DNA of 27,032 nucleotides. It comes from a virus. Its lineage: Duplodnaviria; Caudoviricetes. Both the position numbers and the translations under genes were made by a program. The stretch lies in IMG/VR virus record IMGVR_UViG_3300005662_000186, positions 1 through 27,032 of that record, one strand, 5' to 3'. Positions 1-9,932 of the stretch are shown in pieces. Below the pieces are notes generated by a model. It had not been told where the DNA came from. It saw nothing but the letters and a program-made list of their open reading frames with translations, and did not search any database. Each line of letters begins with the position of its first letter. The first letter of the stretch is position 1.

Positions 1-3000
1 GCACAGACAAAGGCGACTGTGGCGCAGGATATCGCCAGCCTCCTTGACATATCGAACCTTCCTGATTCTCGGGGAGGCGTGGGCGTCGGGATGGGCGACA
101 TCCTCTATGAGGTCGAGAGCGAGAGAAGCACGCGACCGATTGCAACACCAGTCACGGTTGTGCAGGACGACGCAACAGTCACGATCCCACGCCACGCTTA
201 TGTCTCTCTTTCTGGTCGATCGGCCGTCTCGGCTCTTGTGGACTTGCTAGGAAGCCAAGAGTTTGGTGCCTCCCTGAGCGCATACGCAGTCAGCGGTTAC
301 ACGCCTCGTGTTGACGCGTACCTGAGCTCCTACACGCTGATGTACTGGCTCCTGCAGAACGCTGCAGTCAGCATTGTCGCGGGCTCGCCAAGGAAGGGCA
401 ATCTCCTAAGCACCTCTGTGGCGGGCTCTTCACCCACCAGCGTTAGGAGGTTCAAGAACGATCAGTACGCGGGCAAGCTTTACACTAAGCGCGTTTTTAC
501 GAGCCCGCGTGATTTTTCCAACAACGTTATCGCGTTCAGCGCTTCCTCTGGCGACCTGCCCGGTCTTAATGCTGCGCAGTCTGCTGCAGCGATCATGCGC
601 TACCTGTCTGTTATGTCTGCCTTTAGGGCTTCGAGCCTCTACAGCGAGGGATCATCGATAGCGGACGTCCTGCGTCAGGAGCTCGGAGTCAGGATTTTTG
701 AGAACAGCACAGCGCCGTCCCACAGCCTAACAGCGATCGGAAGTGCGCCGTCAGGCTCAGTCATCTCAAACCTGTTCAACTTTCCTGCAGCCGGTCAGGG
801 TGGAGGAACTTCGAGCTCTGTCGTGTTTTTTGACAGGTACGGAAACGCGGGATTGCTCGACGGCTTCCTACACGGTTACCCCTTCCTTTTCGGGTCAGGA
901 AACAACACGACGACGATCGCCGAGGACCTGAGAACTGCGATCAACACATCAATCTCAAAAATTGATCGCGTTGAGCAGGGCATTCTCTACACGACCATCG
1001 ATATCGAGGGCGGATGGGGATCCAGGACAGCAGCTGAGATTCCGTACGTTGTCATGACTGAGCTCAAGGAGCTCCTGACCTTTACTGACCGCGATGTCCC
1101 GCTGTCGAGCGACACGGTGGACGCGGCTGACCTCAAGAACACGTACGGCCAGTACATCAACACTGCGGGGACAAGCTCATCACAGGCACTAGGTCTCACG
1201 CTTCCGACCGACGCTGTGTTTCCTACGCTGCAGGTCGTCGAAATTGCCAAGTTCCTCACGTTGTCAGTGCAGTACGGAACTCTCACACCCAGCGCTAAGC
1301 GGATCGTCAACACGCTCATGACTTGCTGGGATCAGACATTTGACTACAAGACCGGCGCAAGAGAGCGCGCTCCCGACGTCATCACAAACGACATTTACGG
1401 ATCAACAAACGACGAGAGAGTTGCAACCTTCTTTGATCTCGCTGACTTTTACGGTGTCGCTAGGAATGAGTACGCGGGCGAGACTGTGGTTGAAAACTCT
1501 CCAATTTTTAAGCTGCTCACAGATGGGAACTTCGTCATTGAGAGGATAGTGGATTGGGTGATCCGCATTGCGCGCATCCTTTTCCCTGCTTCACCAACGC
1601 CCGTCACTAGAGTCACAACATCGGGCCCGGGCGCAGTCGCTGCATCAACAGCTTCTGTTTCTGATGCAGAGGACAACAACCTGCCAGACAGAGCAGTTGC
1701 GTCACTGTCGAGCGACGGCTACAACCTCAAAGAGATCTGCCTGCTTCTCACGGCCTTTGTGTCTTACACGTTTGACGCAATATTCGCGAGATCCTCGGTC
1801 TTGAGGTCCACACGGGGATCTGCGACTGACTTCGGCGGAACCACTACTCAAGTGCGTCAGGTCATCACGCAGTTCAACGCAGAGCTGGACCCTGAGGCGA
1901 CCATATCACAGCTCATATCCTGCGCAGCTCCAGACCTTGAGGACGCCAGGTGCTCGCTCAGGATTGTCAGGTCCCAGCTTTTTAGGATCTCACAGGGGCT
2001 TGAGAGCTTTGTCACTCAGAGCCAGAGAGACAGCCTGCTGAGAGACGGCAAGTTCGACTTCATCAACACACCGATCCAGAGCTTCGCATCTAGCGTGCGC
2101 AGGGCAGACTATCTCAGCCGTCCTGCAAGAGATCCCTTCATGTCCCGCAGGTACGATCAGACTTCATCGCTCGCCGTCTTCAGGCGTGACGCAGTCTCAG
2201 TTATGCTCAACAAGCCTCTGTTTAAGAGGAATGACGTGAAGGTGCTGTTTGTGGGCCTGCCTAGCGGAATAACGCATGTCATCGGGCCCGAGGAGACGTA
2301 CGTTAAGATCGAGATCACGCGTAGGAACAGGGACGCCAGCGACTCTAGCGGCACTAGCTTCACAACATCCGTCAAAAAGGTTGTGAAGTACTTCGACGCT
2401 TTCCTGTTTTGCTCTCCTGAGAAGGTCCTGTCGGAGGATCGCAGCGCATCCTTTACAGCTCTGACATCAAACGCGTCAGTGGGCTCAATTGAGACGACGC
2501 TCTTTAGGGTCAATGAGGATCCTCTCAAATTCACAACTAGCCTGGGTGTTCTCAGTGAGAGCATTCCTGGCGAGGGATTGGACGGCTCCTACGTCGAGAT
2601 AACAGACTACACAGTCAAGTGCACGTTCCTCTCTCGTGAGGGCCTCTACAAGGACCTGGGAGTAAGCCCCAGCACAGACGCAGCAGACCCAGCCATTCAG
2701 GCAGTCCGCAACAACGCTGTGATTGACTACCTTGTGAAGTCTCACATTAGAGAGATGTCTGGCCTTGACTTTGACGAGTCTGTCTTCACAACCTCGAGCA
2801 TTGCCTTCAATCCCAAGGTCCCAGACAACCTCGACGAACTGGCCAGAAGAGCCTACTCTGAGCTTGCAGCAGTGCTCATTACCTCTAGCAGATCGCAGGA
2901 TCCTGAGCGTCTAGCCTCCGACATCAGGCGACTCGAAGTCATAAGTCGGAGTCCAGCTATGCGCTCGAACTCCTACCGCGACCTCTGCGAACGCTCTACG

Positions 3001-3048
3001 ATCTTTGATCGAGTGTTCGCAATTCCCATCGCCCTGGGCCAGCTTTAG
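1..3048 (+). CDS. Large hypothetical protein, probably virion structural (5' end likely outside the window)
   Basis: Frame 1 is open from base 1 (gca cag aca aag gcg act gtg...), so the GTG at 19 is probably not the true start. More than 1000 aa, Ser/Thr-rich, no enzymatic motif recognised, next to other structural-looking genes. Ends TAG 3046-3048. Confidence 0.6.
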   Translation, partial: AQTKATVAQDIASLLDISNLPDSRGGVGVGMGDILYEVESERSTRPIATPVTVVQDDATVTIPRHAYVSLSGRSAVSALVDLLGSQEFGASLSAYAVSGYTPRVDAYLSSYTLMYWLLQNAAVSIVAGSPRKGNLLSTSVAGSSPTSVRRFKNDQYAGKLYTKRVFTSPRDFSNNVIAFSASSGDLPGLNAAQSAAAIMRYLSVMSAFRASSLYSEGSSIADVLRQELGVRIFENSTAPSHSLTAIGSAPSGSVISNLFNFPAAGQGGGTSSSVVFFDRYGNAGLLDGFLHGYPFLFGSGNNTTTIAEDLRTAINTSISKIDRVEQGILYTTIDIEGGWGSRTAAEIPYVVMTELKELLTFTDRDVPLSSDTVDAADLKNTYGQYINTAGTSSSQALGLTLPTDAVFPTLQVVEIAKFLTLSVQYGTLTPSAKRIVNTLMTCWDQTFDYKTGARERAPDVITNDIYGSTNDERVATFFDLADFYGVARNEYAGETVVENSPIFKLLTDGNFVIERIVDWVIRIARILFPASPTPVTRVTTSGPGAVAASTASVSDAEDNNLPDRAVASLSSDGYNLKEICLLLTAFVSYTFDAIFARSSVLRSTRGSATDFGGTTTQVRQVITQFNAELDPEATISQLISCAAPDLEDARCSLRIVRSQLFRISQGLESFVTQSQRDSLLRDGKFDFINTPIQSFASSVRRADYLSRPARDPFMSRRYDQTSSLAVFRRDAVSVMLNKPLFKRNDVKVLFVGLPSGITHVIGPEETYVKIEITRRNRDASDSSGTSFTTSVKKVVKYFDAFLFCSPEKVLSEDRSASFTALTSNASVGSIETTLFRVNEDPLKFTTSLGVLSESIPGEGLDGSYVEITDYTVKCTFLSREGLYKDLGVSPSTDAADPAIQAVRNNAVIDYLVKSHIREMSGLDFDESVFTTSSIAFNPKVPDNLDELARRAYSELAAVLITSSRSQDPERLASDIRRLEVISRSPAMRSNSYRDLCERSTIFDRVFAIPIALGQL

Positions 3049-4289
3049 AAGTCAAGCCTGACGCGGATGTTGAGCGCCTTCTCGGGGGTCTTCTCCACGG
3101 GACGACCGAGCTTGGCAACAGCGAGGAGGTTGTTGTTCGCGTCGTACAGGCCGACTGATGTGACGAATGAGAAGGGCTTCGCTGTCTCATCGACGACGTT
3201 CATGATGATCTGACCGTCGTCGTTCGTGTACGTCGGGTTGGAGCTGAGGTTGAAGGAGTCAGCGTCAGCACGACAGAAGATCAGCGTCGAGTTGATGTTC
3301 GTCGTGTTCTGGAACGTTATCTGCGAGGCGACAGCGTTTGTAGTCGTGTCTCCTGCGAATCTCACCGTCGACATGTGCTTGTTGATGTCATCAATGGACG
3401 CTGAGACGAAGAAGTCCGGAATGAACTTCGCATTCGGATTTCCGTAGCCAGTCCTGCCCATGATGATGGTGTTCGGGTCAAATGCGGGAGTTGTGCCTCC
3501 GCCAGCGCCGCCGTCGGAGTAGGCAGCGCCGATCGTGCCCGACGCGTGCTGATTTCCGGACATGATGCGCGCGCAGTCGAGCACCACCACGCCAGCGTCG
3601 TAGAAGATCAGTCCCGACGTGAACGATGTGTTGCTTGAGAACACGATGTTTCCAACGCTGCCGCCGAGGGTCGTCTCTCTCGCAGAGGAAGATCCAATGT
3701 CCGTCAGCGTGATGGATCCCGATGTGTTGGGCCTGAAGAGGTTGTCCTTGTCGGGCTCGCCAAGGGTCGTGTTGTCGACCGACGCGGTCGTGTAGATCCG
3801 CATCGCGAAGGTCTCGCGCTTTATTCCGTCTCTCACGAACAGGCGCTTGAACGGGATGAACGTGGCTACGTCAATCGCGTCTGACGTTGACGTGCTGCCG
3901 AAGGGCGCCACGAACTGCGAGTCTGCGTCTCCGAGAAGAAGCTGCGCCCAAGACCTGTAGATGTTGATCTTTTCACGCATCTGGAAGGTCGATGAGGGGA
4001 ACAGGACCTTGCCCGAGCTGTCAGATCCAACCGAAGCGTATGCGACAATGCTGCTGCCCGAGAAGATGCCCACAGTTAGATCCAGCAGCGCGTTCGCAGT
4101 GCTCAGCGTGTAGTCCTGATCGTGCATCGTCCAGTACAGCGATGAGGTCAGGCTGCCCGACACGAAGTGCGGATAGGTCTTGCGGCCGTCAGATCCGCTC
4201 AGATCCGCTCCCACGATGTCCACGAGCTGTGTGAGAACTGTGGAGGAGGCACGAATGTCTGACGGAACGAAGCTGGAAAAAGTGGACAT
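3045..4289 (-). CDS. Putative baseplate/tail-associated virion protein (414 aa), C-terminal RLDF domain
   Basis: C-terminus VTSVGLYDANNNLLAVAKLGRPVEK...IRVRLDF resembles the 'GL.D..G.L.A' strand motif of tail-collar/baseplate proteins. Paralogous to the C-terminus of 7039..9372. Confidence 0.6.
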   Translation of the reverse strand: MSTFSSFVPSDIRASSTVLTQLVDIVGADLSGSDGRKTYPHFVSGSLTSSLYWTMHDQDYTLSTANALLDLTVGIFSGSSIVAYASVGSDSSGKVLFPSSTFQMREKINIYRSWAQLLLGDADSQFVAPFGSTSTSDAIDVATFIPFKRLFVRDGIKRETFAMRIYTTASVDNTTLGEPDKDNLFRPNTSGSITLTDIGSSSARETTLGGSVGNIVFSSNTSFTSGLIFYDAGVVVLDCARIMSGNQHASGTIGAAYSDGGAGGGTTPAFDPNTIIMGRTGYGNPNAKFIPDFFVSASIDDINKHMSTVRFAGDTTTNAVASQITFQNTTNINSTLIFCRADADSFNLSSNPTYTNDDGQIIMNVVDETAKPFSFVTSVGLYDANNNLLAVAKLGRPVEKTPEKALNIRVRLDF

Positions 4290-4298
4290 AAGTCTCTC

Positions 4299-4994
4299 TC
4301 AGGTCTGCGTGATGTTGACTTCAATGTCTGTGGATGCGCCGGACTGCGATCCCTTGACATTGATGTATGTTCTGATGAGGCTCTTATTGTTCTTCGTCCC
4401 GTAAGTCGCGAACGTCGAAGATGAAAGAGCGCGTGATCCGATGGTGAACTGGCACGCTGACCCGCCAGATGGGCTCACCGCTCCCGACTGCGGAATCAGG
4501 TAGGTGACAGTGTCGCCAGTTGAGAGAATGTCAGGCGTCCTGCCCGACACGGTGAGGAACCGGTTGTTGATCGTCACCTCGTAGATCTGATCGACCAGCT
4601 CTGGATCGACAATCTCACCGGAGGACATGGTCTGCTGCAGAACAAGGTTTGACGTTCTAGACGGGAGAAGCGACAGAACGTTGTTCGAGAGCGACGTCAC
4701 GAGCGTGAGCTTCGGGACGTAGATCACGTTGGCGTTTGAGATGCTGACCAGCCTGTACTTGATCGCGAGGTTCTCACCTGTCTGCGCCTCAAGGACCAGC
4801 GTGTTCTTCTCAATCTTCTCCTTGCCCACATCAATGCCGTACTGCTTGATGAGCGTGTAGTCCACCTCATCGTCGCCGAGAGCGAACTTCACGATCGAGA
4901 AGGAGCCATCGTTGCGTGCTAGGGCCTGACGGCCGTACTTTGTCAGCACCGCGTCGATGATGATGTTGTTGGTTGTTCCGTCGAGAAAGCCCAT
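4299..4994 (-). CDS. Putative baseplate/tail-associated virion protein (231 aa)
   Basis: N-terminus IDAVLTKYGRQALARNDGSFSIVKFALGDDEVDY resembles the 'LT..G...LA...I..(F/M)A.GD' start of tail-collar/baseplate proteins. GGAGG ribosome-binding site upstream on the minus strand. Confidence 0.6.
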   Translation of the reverse strand: MGFLDGTTNNIIIDAVLTKYGRQALARNDGSFSIVKFALGDDEVDYTLIKQYGIDVGKEKIEKNTLVLEAQTGENLAIKYRLVSISNANVIYVPKLTLVTSLSNNVLSLLPSRTSNLVLQQTMSSGEIVDPELVDQIYEVTINNRFLTVSGRTPDILSTGDTVTYLIPQSGAVSPSGGSACQFTIGSRALSSSTFATYGTKNNKSLIRTYINVKGSQSGASTDIEVNITQT

Positions 4995-5005
4995 AGTGTC
5001 CTCCG

Positions 5006-5015
5006 CGTAATTATC
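5006..5015 (-). promoter_or_regulatory. Candidate phage late-promoter motif GATAATTACG
   Basis: Matches 9 of 10 bases of GATATTTACG found upstream of 21553 and 23186. Followed directly by CGGAGG and the ATG of 4299..4994. Confidence 0.5.
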
Positions 5016-5039
5016 CCACGCGTAACTGCGCCCAGAAAC

Positions 5040-6968
5040 TCAGCTAATTGACGTTTCCCTAATGATCTCCTGCTCAAGGATCGCCCTGTCAGGATCGCCC
5101 GTGATGTTGCTCACCGCAAAGATATTCTCAGCGCTCAGCTTGCCGCTCTTGATGACGACCGATGCGCTCAGCCCGCTGTCCTCGTTGATGAGCGAGATCG
5201 TGAAGGTCGACTCTGATGCCACATCATTGGACGCCCTGAGGGTTGCTGATCCCGTCTCAACAACGATCGCCTCGGGATCAAAGATCGTCATCAGCGACCT
5301 GTAGCCTGAGACACGCACCACGTCTGCGAAGGTGTCCTCGGCCAGGTACAGGTTCGGGTACGTTTTCGGCGCGCCAGATCGCGACACAAGTCGCGTTGAC
5401 AGGGCGTTTCTAGCGCGAACGAAAGTGGCGCCGATCTGCTCAGAGTATCCGGAGGTCAGACCGTGCGCGTCCACACAACAGACTGCGTAGATGGCCTCCC
5501 GCTCATCTGAGTTGAGCGGGTCAGAGAAGTTGCAGTTCACCAGTTTGGTCTTCTGAACGATCACGTTTGAGTACCGCTCTCTCTTTGTTGAGAGGATGAT
5601 AGAGTCATCGAAGTCAATGACTCTCACCAGCCTGAAGCTCTCCTCAATGCTTCTTCTCTTGAAGACCTGAAAGTACTTGATGTCTCGCTGCCTGTTGACG
5701 GGCAGAGACCAAGTGAGCTGCACCGCCTGGTTCTCAAAGTCGTAGAAGGCTCGGAGGTCCGCGACCTCGGGCGGCGGAACGTTCTCCTCGCACGCCACAG
5801 TCAACTCAGCGCTCTCACCTGAGCTCCCAACCAGAATGATTGCGGTCCCAGCGAGGTTTGTCCCCTCCTGCACCGCAGACACCTCTCTGACGCACAGCGA
5901 CCGAATTCGGTAGCGGAAGAAAGAACCGTAGTTGATCGCGTAGTCGCTGAAGACTCCCGAGTAGTTTCCCATTATGACCATGGTCGGGTGCTCAACGATG
6001 TCGTCGTCGCGCACCTCGATCTTCTCAACTAAGAAGCCAATCAAAAAGCTCCTATTCCTGGATGTTCTCTGCTCAAATCTGATGGGCGTGATCGTCAGAT
6101 CGTGCACGTCCTCTGACACGCCTGCCGAGTTTGACGCAGAGATCGCGCGTGTCTGGACGTTTAGGCTTTCTGTCCGCCTGTCGTTGATCTCATCAATCAG
6201 GAGGTGATTGACCGCGGATGCTGATGCTGTGACGACTCTGTCGTACACGAGCCTGTTGATCGACATCGTCTCCTGGCGTCCAGCAATCAGGTCGGCCCTC
6301 TCCAGCGTCTTCCTGTCTCTGGCAATGCTTCCGTAGGTCTGACCGTTTGACTGGCCGCTCGCGTTGATGTACTTGATGATCGTCTCGCCGATCTCCCTGT
6401 TGCTCTGAGCAGCTGATGCTGAGTCAATGAGCTCCTGGGGAATGGGACCCCTCACGCCCGCGATCGCGTTTGAGATCTGAAATCCAATCTCAGAGCTTGA
6501 CCTGGGTATCTGATCTTCCTGCGCTATCTCCCCAATCGACCCAGCCACAAGGTCGATCAGCTTCTTGTCGACCTGGTCAGGATTGATCTGGAGACGCTGG
6601 AACTTGTCTGAGACAATGCCGTCCTCTAGGTTGAGCTTTCCACCGCTGAGCAGGCTGATGATGTCATCGCCCAGAAAGCTGTTCGCTGCCTGCAAGTCCA
6701 GCTTGCTGATCAGCGTGGGCGGCTTGAAGACAATGTCCACCCTTCTAGGGAAGGTCTCCCTTGACTGTGCGCCCGTGCCCGTGTTCAGTGTGAAGCCTGA
6801 GCCGCCAGTGTACTCCTGCCGCTCATTCGGCGTGAAGAAGTTGTACACGAACTCGCCAGAGGCGTCAAAGGGCTCAGGAGCATCCACGGCAGCAAGAGGA
6901 TCTGATATGAAGACCTCTACGCCCAGGCCGCCCGCTGTTGTTGAAAGGTTGGGATCAGACTCGGCCAT
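5040..6968 (-). CDS. Virion protein with fibronectin type III-like beta-sandwich domain(s) (642 aa)
   Basis: PPPEVADLRAF...VQLTWSLP...IKYFQVFKR...YAVCCVDAHGLTSGYSE follows the FN3 pattern (PP, LxW, YxVxR, YxVxxVDxxGxxS). A second FN3-like end is seen at FSDYAINYGSFFRYRIRS. Confidence 0.6.
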   Translation of the reverse strand: MAESDPNLSTTAGGLGVEVFISDPLAAVDAPEPFDASGEFVYNFFTPNERQEYTGGSGFTLNTGTGAQSRETFPRRVDIVFKPPTLISKLDLQAANSFLGDDIISLLSGGKLNLEDGIVSDKFQRLQINPDQVDKKLIDLVAGSIGEIAQEDQIPRSSSEIGFQISNAIAGVRGPIPQELIDSASAAQSNREIGETIIKYINASGQSNGQTYGSIARDRKTLERADLIAGRQETMSINRLVYDRVVTASASAVNHLLIDEINDRRTESLNVQTRAISASNSAGVSEDVHDLTITPIRFEQRTSRNRSFLIGFLVEKIEVRDDDIVEHPTMVIMGNYSGVFSDYAINYGSFFRYRIRSLCVREVSAVQEGTNLAGTAIILVGSSGESAELTVACEENVPPPEVADLRAFYDFENQAVQLTWSLPVNRQRDIKYFQVFKRRSIEESFRLVRVIDFDDSIILSTKRERYSNVIVQKTKLVNCNFSDPLNSDEREAIYAVCCVDAHGLTSGYSEQIGATFVRARNALSTRLVSRSGAPKTYPNLYLAEDTFADVVRVSGYRSLMTIFDPEAIVVETGSATLRASNDVASESTFTISLINEDSGLSASVVIKSGKLSAENIFAVSNITGDPDRAILEQEIIRETSIS

Positions 6969-7038
6969 CAGGGACTCCGTGCCGTTGCGCTGTATTGTAT
7001 AGTAGAGGCAGCCACATCACGTGTCTACTTAAGTCGCT
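6969..7038. promoter_or_regulatory. Divergent promoter region
   Basis: 70-bp gap between head-to-head genes. The minus strand has TACTATACAAT (-10-like TACAAT at 6994-6999) and a CGGAG RBS. The plus strand has TACTTA (7026-7031) 7 nt before the ATG at 7039. Confidence 0.45.
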
Positions 7039-9372
7039 ATGTCGACCTTCAAGATTGACGAGTTTAGAAGAGACGCCAGAACGCTCAACATGAGCGCTGC
7101 GCAATATTTTTCCTCTTCGTCGAGCGGCGTCACGGGGAGTCTACCCCTCGCAGCCCGACCCTCGAAGAACTTGCGGGATCTTGTGTCCTACGAGACCACA
7201 GGGTTCAGGGACGAGAGCGCAGTCAACTATACCAGAGAGATAGCGCTTCAGGCCTCTGCGTCTCGCGCTGCTGGAAGTACTGACATCTCGCAGCTGATAG
7301 ACAGCTACGTGTCTTCCTCCAAGAGCCTGTCTAGGGCCGACCAGAGAAGCACAGTGGTGTTCAGCCCAAAGCTGTTCTGCTTCGATCCAGCAGTTGCAAG
7401 CTTTGCGACAGGATCGGACTACTCGATGAGGTCAGCAGCCAAGAGGTTCATCTCTGGCACACTGGTTCCCTTCTACTCCCCAAACAACCAGGGGAAGTAC
7501 CTCGCAGCTGGAAACTACTTCAGCCTGAACTTCTTCACAAGCTCAGCGGTTCCGAGCGACACGGCACTGGTCTTTCCTGACTTCGTCCTGCCCTATTCCT
7601 ACACGTTCTCCCGCGGTCTCACGATTGACCTGCACATCAATCCCAGGTACACCACCGACGAAGAGGGAGCAGGCTTCAGGGCAGGCGTGATAGCCCAGAG
7701 TCCCGGAAACTACTGCCTCAGCCTTGTCACGGGATCCAATACTGGCGGAGACGGAAGGCCCAGCGGATACAGGCTTGTTCTCGCCCTCTCGCACAGCGCA
7801 GACGTGACGCCTTCCAGCATCGACCTCAGCGTCGCCAACGGGAGCAGGGCATTTCCGCAGGACCTCGTCTACGTCAGCGACGACAACTCACTCAATCGAA
7901 ACGCCTGGCACCACGTCAGCGTTGGCTGGTCACCCCTGCACAACAACGGCACGGGATCGTTCTTCGTCGACGGAGTGGAAAAGGGCATCTTCAGCCTCTC
8001 AAGCAGCAGCTTCGCTGGAACAGCTTCACCGGGCTGCCTTGTCGTTGGAAACTACCTTCTGTCAAGCGCTGATGGGAGCCGGTTCTTCAACTCAGCGGCG
8101 GCGGCTGATGAGGGCATTGTCGAGAACCCCGCCTTCGCGTCTGGAGACCCCACGCCAGGATTCAGCCACCCCCTGAATGCGGAGATCCACTCGCTCAAGG
8201 TCTACCGCAGGTACATCAACCAGCTCGAGCGGGAGGCAAACGCCGCGAGCGACTCTGCACTTCCAGAGCCTGATCTCGTCTTCTACATGCCTCCCTACTT
8301 CCTGCACGAGAGTCCCACGAGGCGTGTTCCCGTCTCTCTTGACACTAAGGTGACTAAGACCACGACGGCAGTCCTGAATCGCGACCTGATGTTCTCGTGC
8401 GGTGGGCGTGATGTCAACCTCGAGAGCTTCGCGCGAAACGTCGCGAAGTTTGGTCTCGATACCGCTTATCCGCGCCTCTACAACCTGACAGCCTCGCTCT
8501 CAGGTGCGGACACCAGCGCAGATTTCAACTCTGGTTTCTATGGAATCGCAAGCAACAGGAAGCGAAACCTCACAGCGCTTCCCTGCGATGACGGAACATT
8601 TCGTCTGACCTACTCGAGCATTGCCAGCATTCCCGCCACCACGGGATCAATGCTGAGCCGGAAGGGCGCGCTCGACTACAGCACGCTTTCAATGACGGGT
8701 CTCACGAATGAGTACCCAGCGACCTCTCCTATCGTTGTCAGCACCACAAACAACAATCCCACTGGGCAGGCGCCAACTGATGAGGCAACTGGCGGCGGCT
8801 ACTACTCGACCCAGTACTTCACGCAGGACACCTTCCTCCTGTTTGGCACGCTCATAGACCTGCCCATGATGACGTACGGGCACAAGGTTGCCGACAAGTC
8901 CTTCCAGGTGATTGACAACGCGATCACAGGATCGGGAGACAAGGTTCGCATCTCCTTCAGGGACGACGGAAAGAACGGTCTCTATAGGGCAGATGCCAGC
9001 ACGCAGCTTGCCACATGGAACACGCAGGGCCTCCTCTTCAACAACGAGGGGGTAGGAATACTGCTTGCGCCAACAGTTCCCTTCTACTCGAAGCACGGCT
9101 GGACCTGCGAGTACCAGACCGACGCGAGCGCGCACGTCTTCTCGATGGACGTTGTAATTCCAGCGGGAGCAGCGAACGTCTCACAGAACAAGACGTACTC
9201 CAGGTTCCCACCCACCAATCGCGCTGACGAGAGAGCGAACGACTTCGTCTACATCGATACGATCAACGTGCACGATGAAAATCTCAACGTGATTGCCCGA
9301 GCGGCACTCGCACAACCCTTCCTGAAGCGGCCCGACGAGTCAGTCGTTTTCAGGGTCAAACTGGACTTCTAA
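7039..9372 (+). CDS. Virion protein with LamG/concanavalin A-like domain and C-terminal KLDF baseplate-type domain (777 aa)
   Basis: TIDLHINP...WHHVSVGW...GSFFVDG...LVVGN...LNAEIHSLKVYRR is the Laminin_G_3-like pattern. C-terminus INVHDENLNVIARAALAQPFLK...FRVKLDF parallels 3045..4289. Confidence 0.7.
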   Translation: MSTFKIDEFRRDARTLNMSAAQYFSSSSSGVTGSLPLAARPSKNLRDLVSYETTGFRDESAVNYTREIALQASASRAAGSTDISQLIDSYVSSSKSLSRADQRSTVVFSPKLFCFDPAVASFATGSDYSMRSAAKRFISGTLVPFYSPNNQGKYLAAGNYFSLNFFTSSAVPSDTALVFPDFVLPYSYTFSRGLTIDLHINPRYTTDEEGAGFRAGVIAQSPGNYCLSLVTGSNTGGDGRPSGYRLVLALSHSADVTPSSIDLSVANGSRAFPQDLVYVSDDNSLNRNAWHHVSVGWSPLHNNGTGSFFVDGVEKGIFSLSSSSFAGTASPGCLVVGNYLLSSADGSRFFNSAAAADEGIVENPAFASGDPTPGFSHPLNAEIHSLKVYRRYINQLEREANAASDSALPEPDLVFYMPPYFLHESPTRRVPVSLDTKVTKTTTAVLNRDLMFSCGGRDVNLESFARNVAKFGLDTAYPRLYNLTASLSGADTSADFNSGFYGIASNRKRNLTALPCDDGTFRLTYSSIASIPATTGSMLSRKGALDYSTLSMTGLTNEYPATSPIVVSTTNNNPTGQAPTDEATGGGYYSTQYFTQDTFLLFGTLIDLPMMTYGHKVADKSFQVIDNAITGSGDKVRISFRDDGKNGLYRADASTQLATWNTQGLLFNNEGVGILLAPTVPFYSKHGWTCEYQTDASAHVFSMDVVIPAGAANVSQNKTYSRFPPTNRADERANDFVYIDTINVHDENLNVIARAALAQPFLKRPDESVVFRVKLDF

Positions 9373-9908
9373 TGATCCTGGGACTTGACGTCTCAACAAG
9401 CAAGACGGGCTGGTGCCTCCTCAGCAGTGAGGGATCGCTTGTCAAGATGGGATGCACCGTTCACGCAGAGGGAACTCTGTTTGACAAGGTTGAGGCGCTG
9501 ATGTCTGACCTCGCCGAAGTCCTGCAGGACCAGAAGGGAGTTGAGATCGTCATTGAGGAGCCTCTGCTGAGATTTGCGAAGGGAATGTCATCAGCTTCCA
9601 CCCTTCTGACTCTCAATCGGTACAACGGCATGGTCACTTACGCCTGCTGGAGAGACCTCAAGATTCAGCCAACGCACCTGAACGTCATCTTTGCACGTCG
9701 TCGCCTCGGAATCAAGAAGGAGAAGGGAGACAACGTCAAAGAGATCGTCATGAAGTGGGCAGCTGATCAAGAGCGGGACTTCCAGTGGCCGACAAAGGTG
9801 ATCAGCAGGGGCAAGCGAGCGGGAGAGACAGTTTTTGAGCCCTACTGCTACGATGTCGCAGACGCGTACGTCATGGCCCGAGCTGCTCACGCTGCGCGTG
9901 TAAAGTAA
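9372..9908 (+). CDS. RuvC-like Holliday junction resolvase
   Basis: MILGLDVSTSKTGW (catalytic Asp in strand 1), IVIEEP (Glu), DVADA (two Asp) give the RNase H-fold RuvC acidic set. TAATG stop/start overlap with the upstream gene. Confidence 0.85.
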   Translation: MILGLDVSTSKTGWCLLSSEGSLVKMGCTVHAEGTLFDKVEALMSDLAEVLQDQKGVEIVIEEPLLRFAKGMSSASTLLTLNRYNGMVTYACWRDLKIQPTHLNVIFARRRLGIKKEKGDNVKEIVMKWAADQERDFQWPTKVISRGKRAGETVFEPYCYDVADAYVMARAAHAARVK

Positions 9909-9932
9909 AAAGCTGTGAAATAAGATCGTCGG

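Noticed and set aside
9372-9908. RuvC-fold protein as a TnpB/Cas12-like RNA-guided nuclease
   Set aside because: Only 178 aa, with no Zn-ribbon or recognition lobe and no adjacent non-coding RNA space. Fits a stand-alone resolvase.
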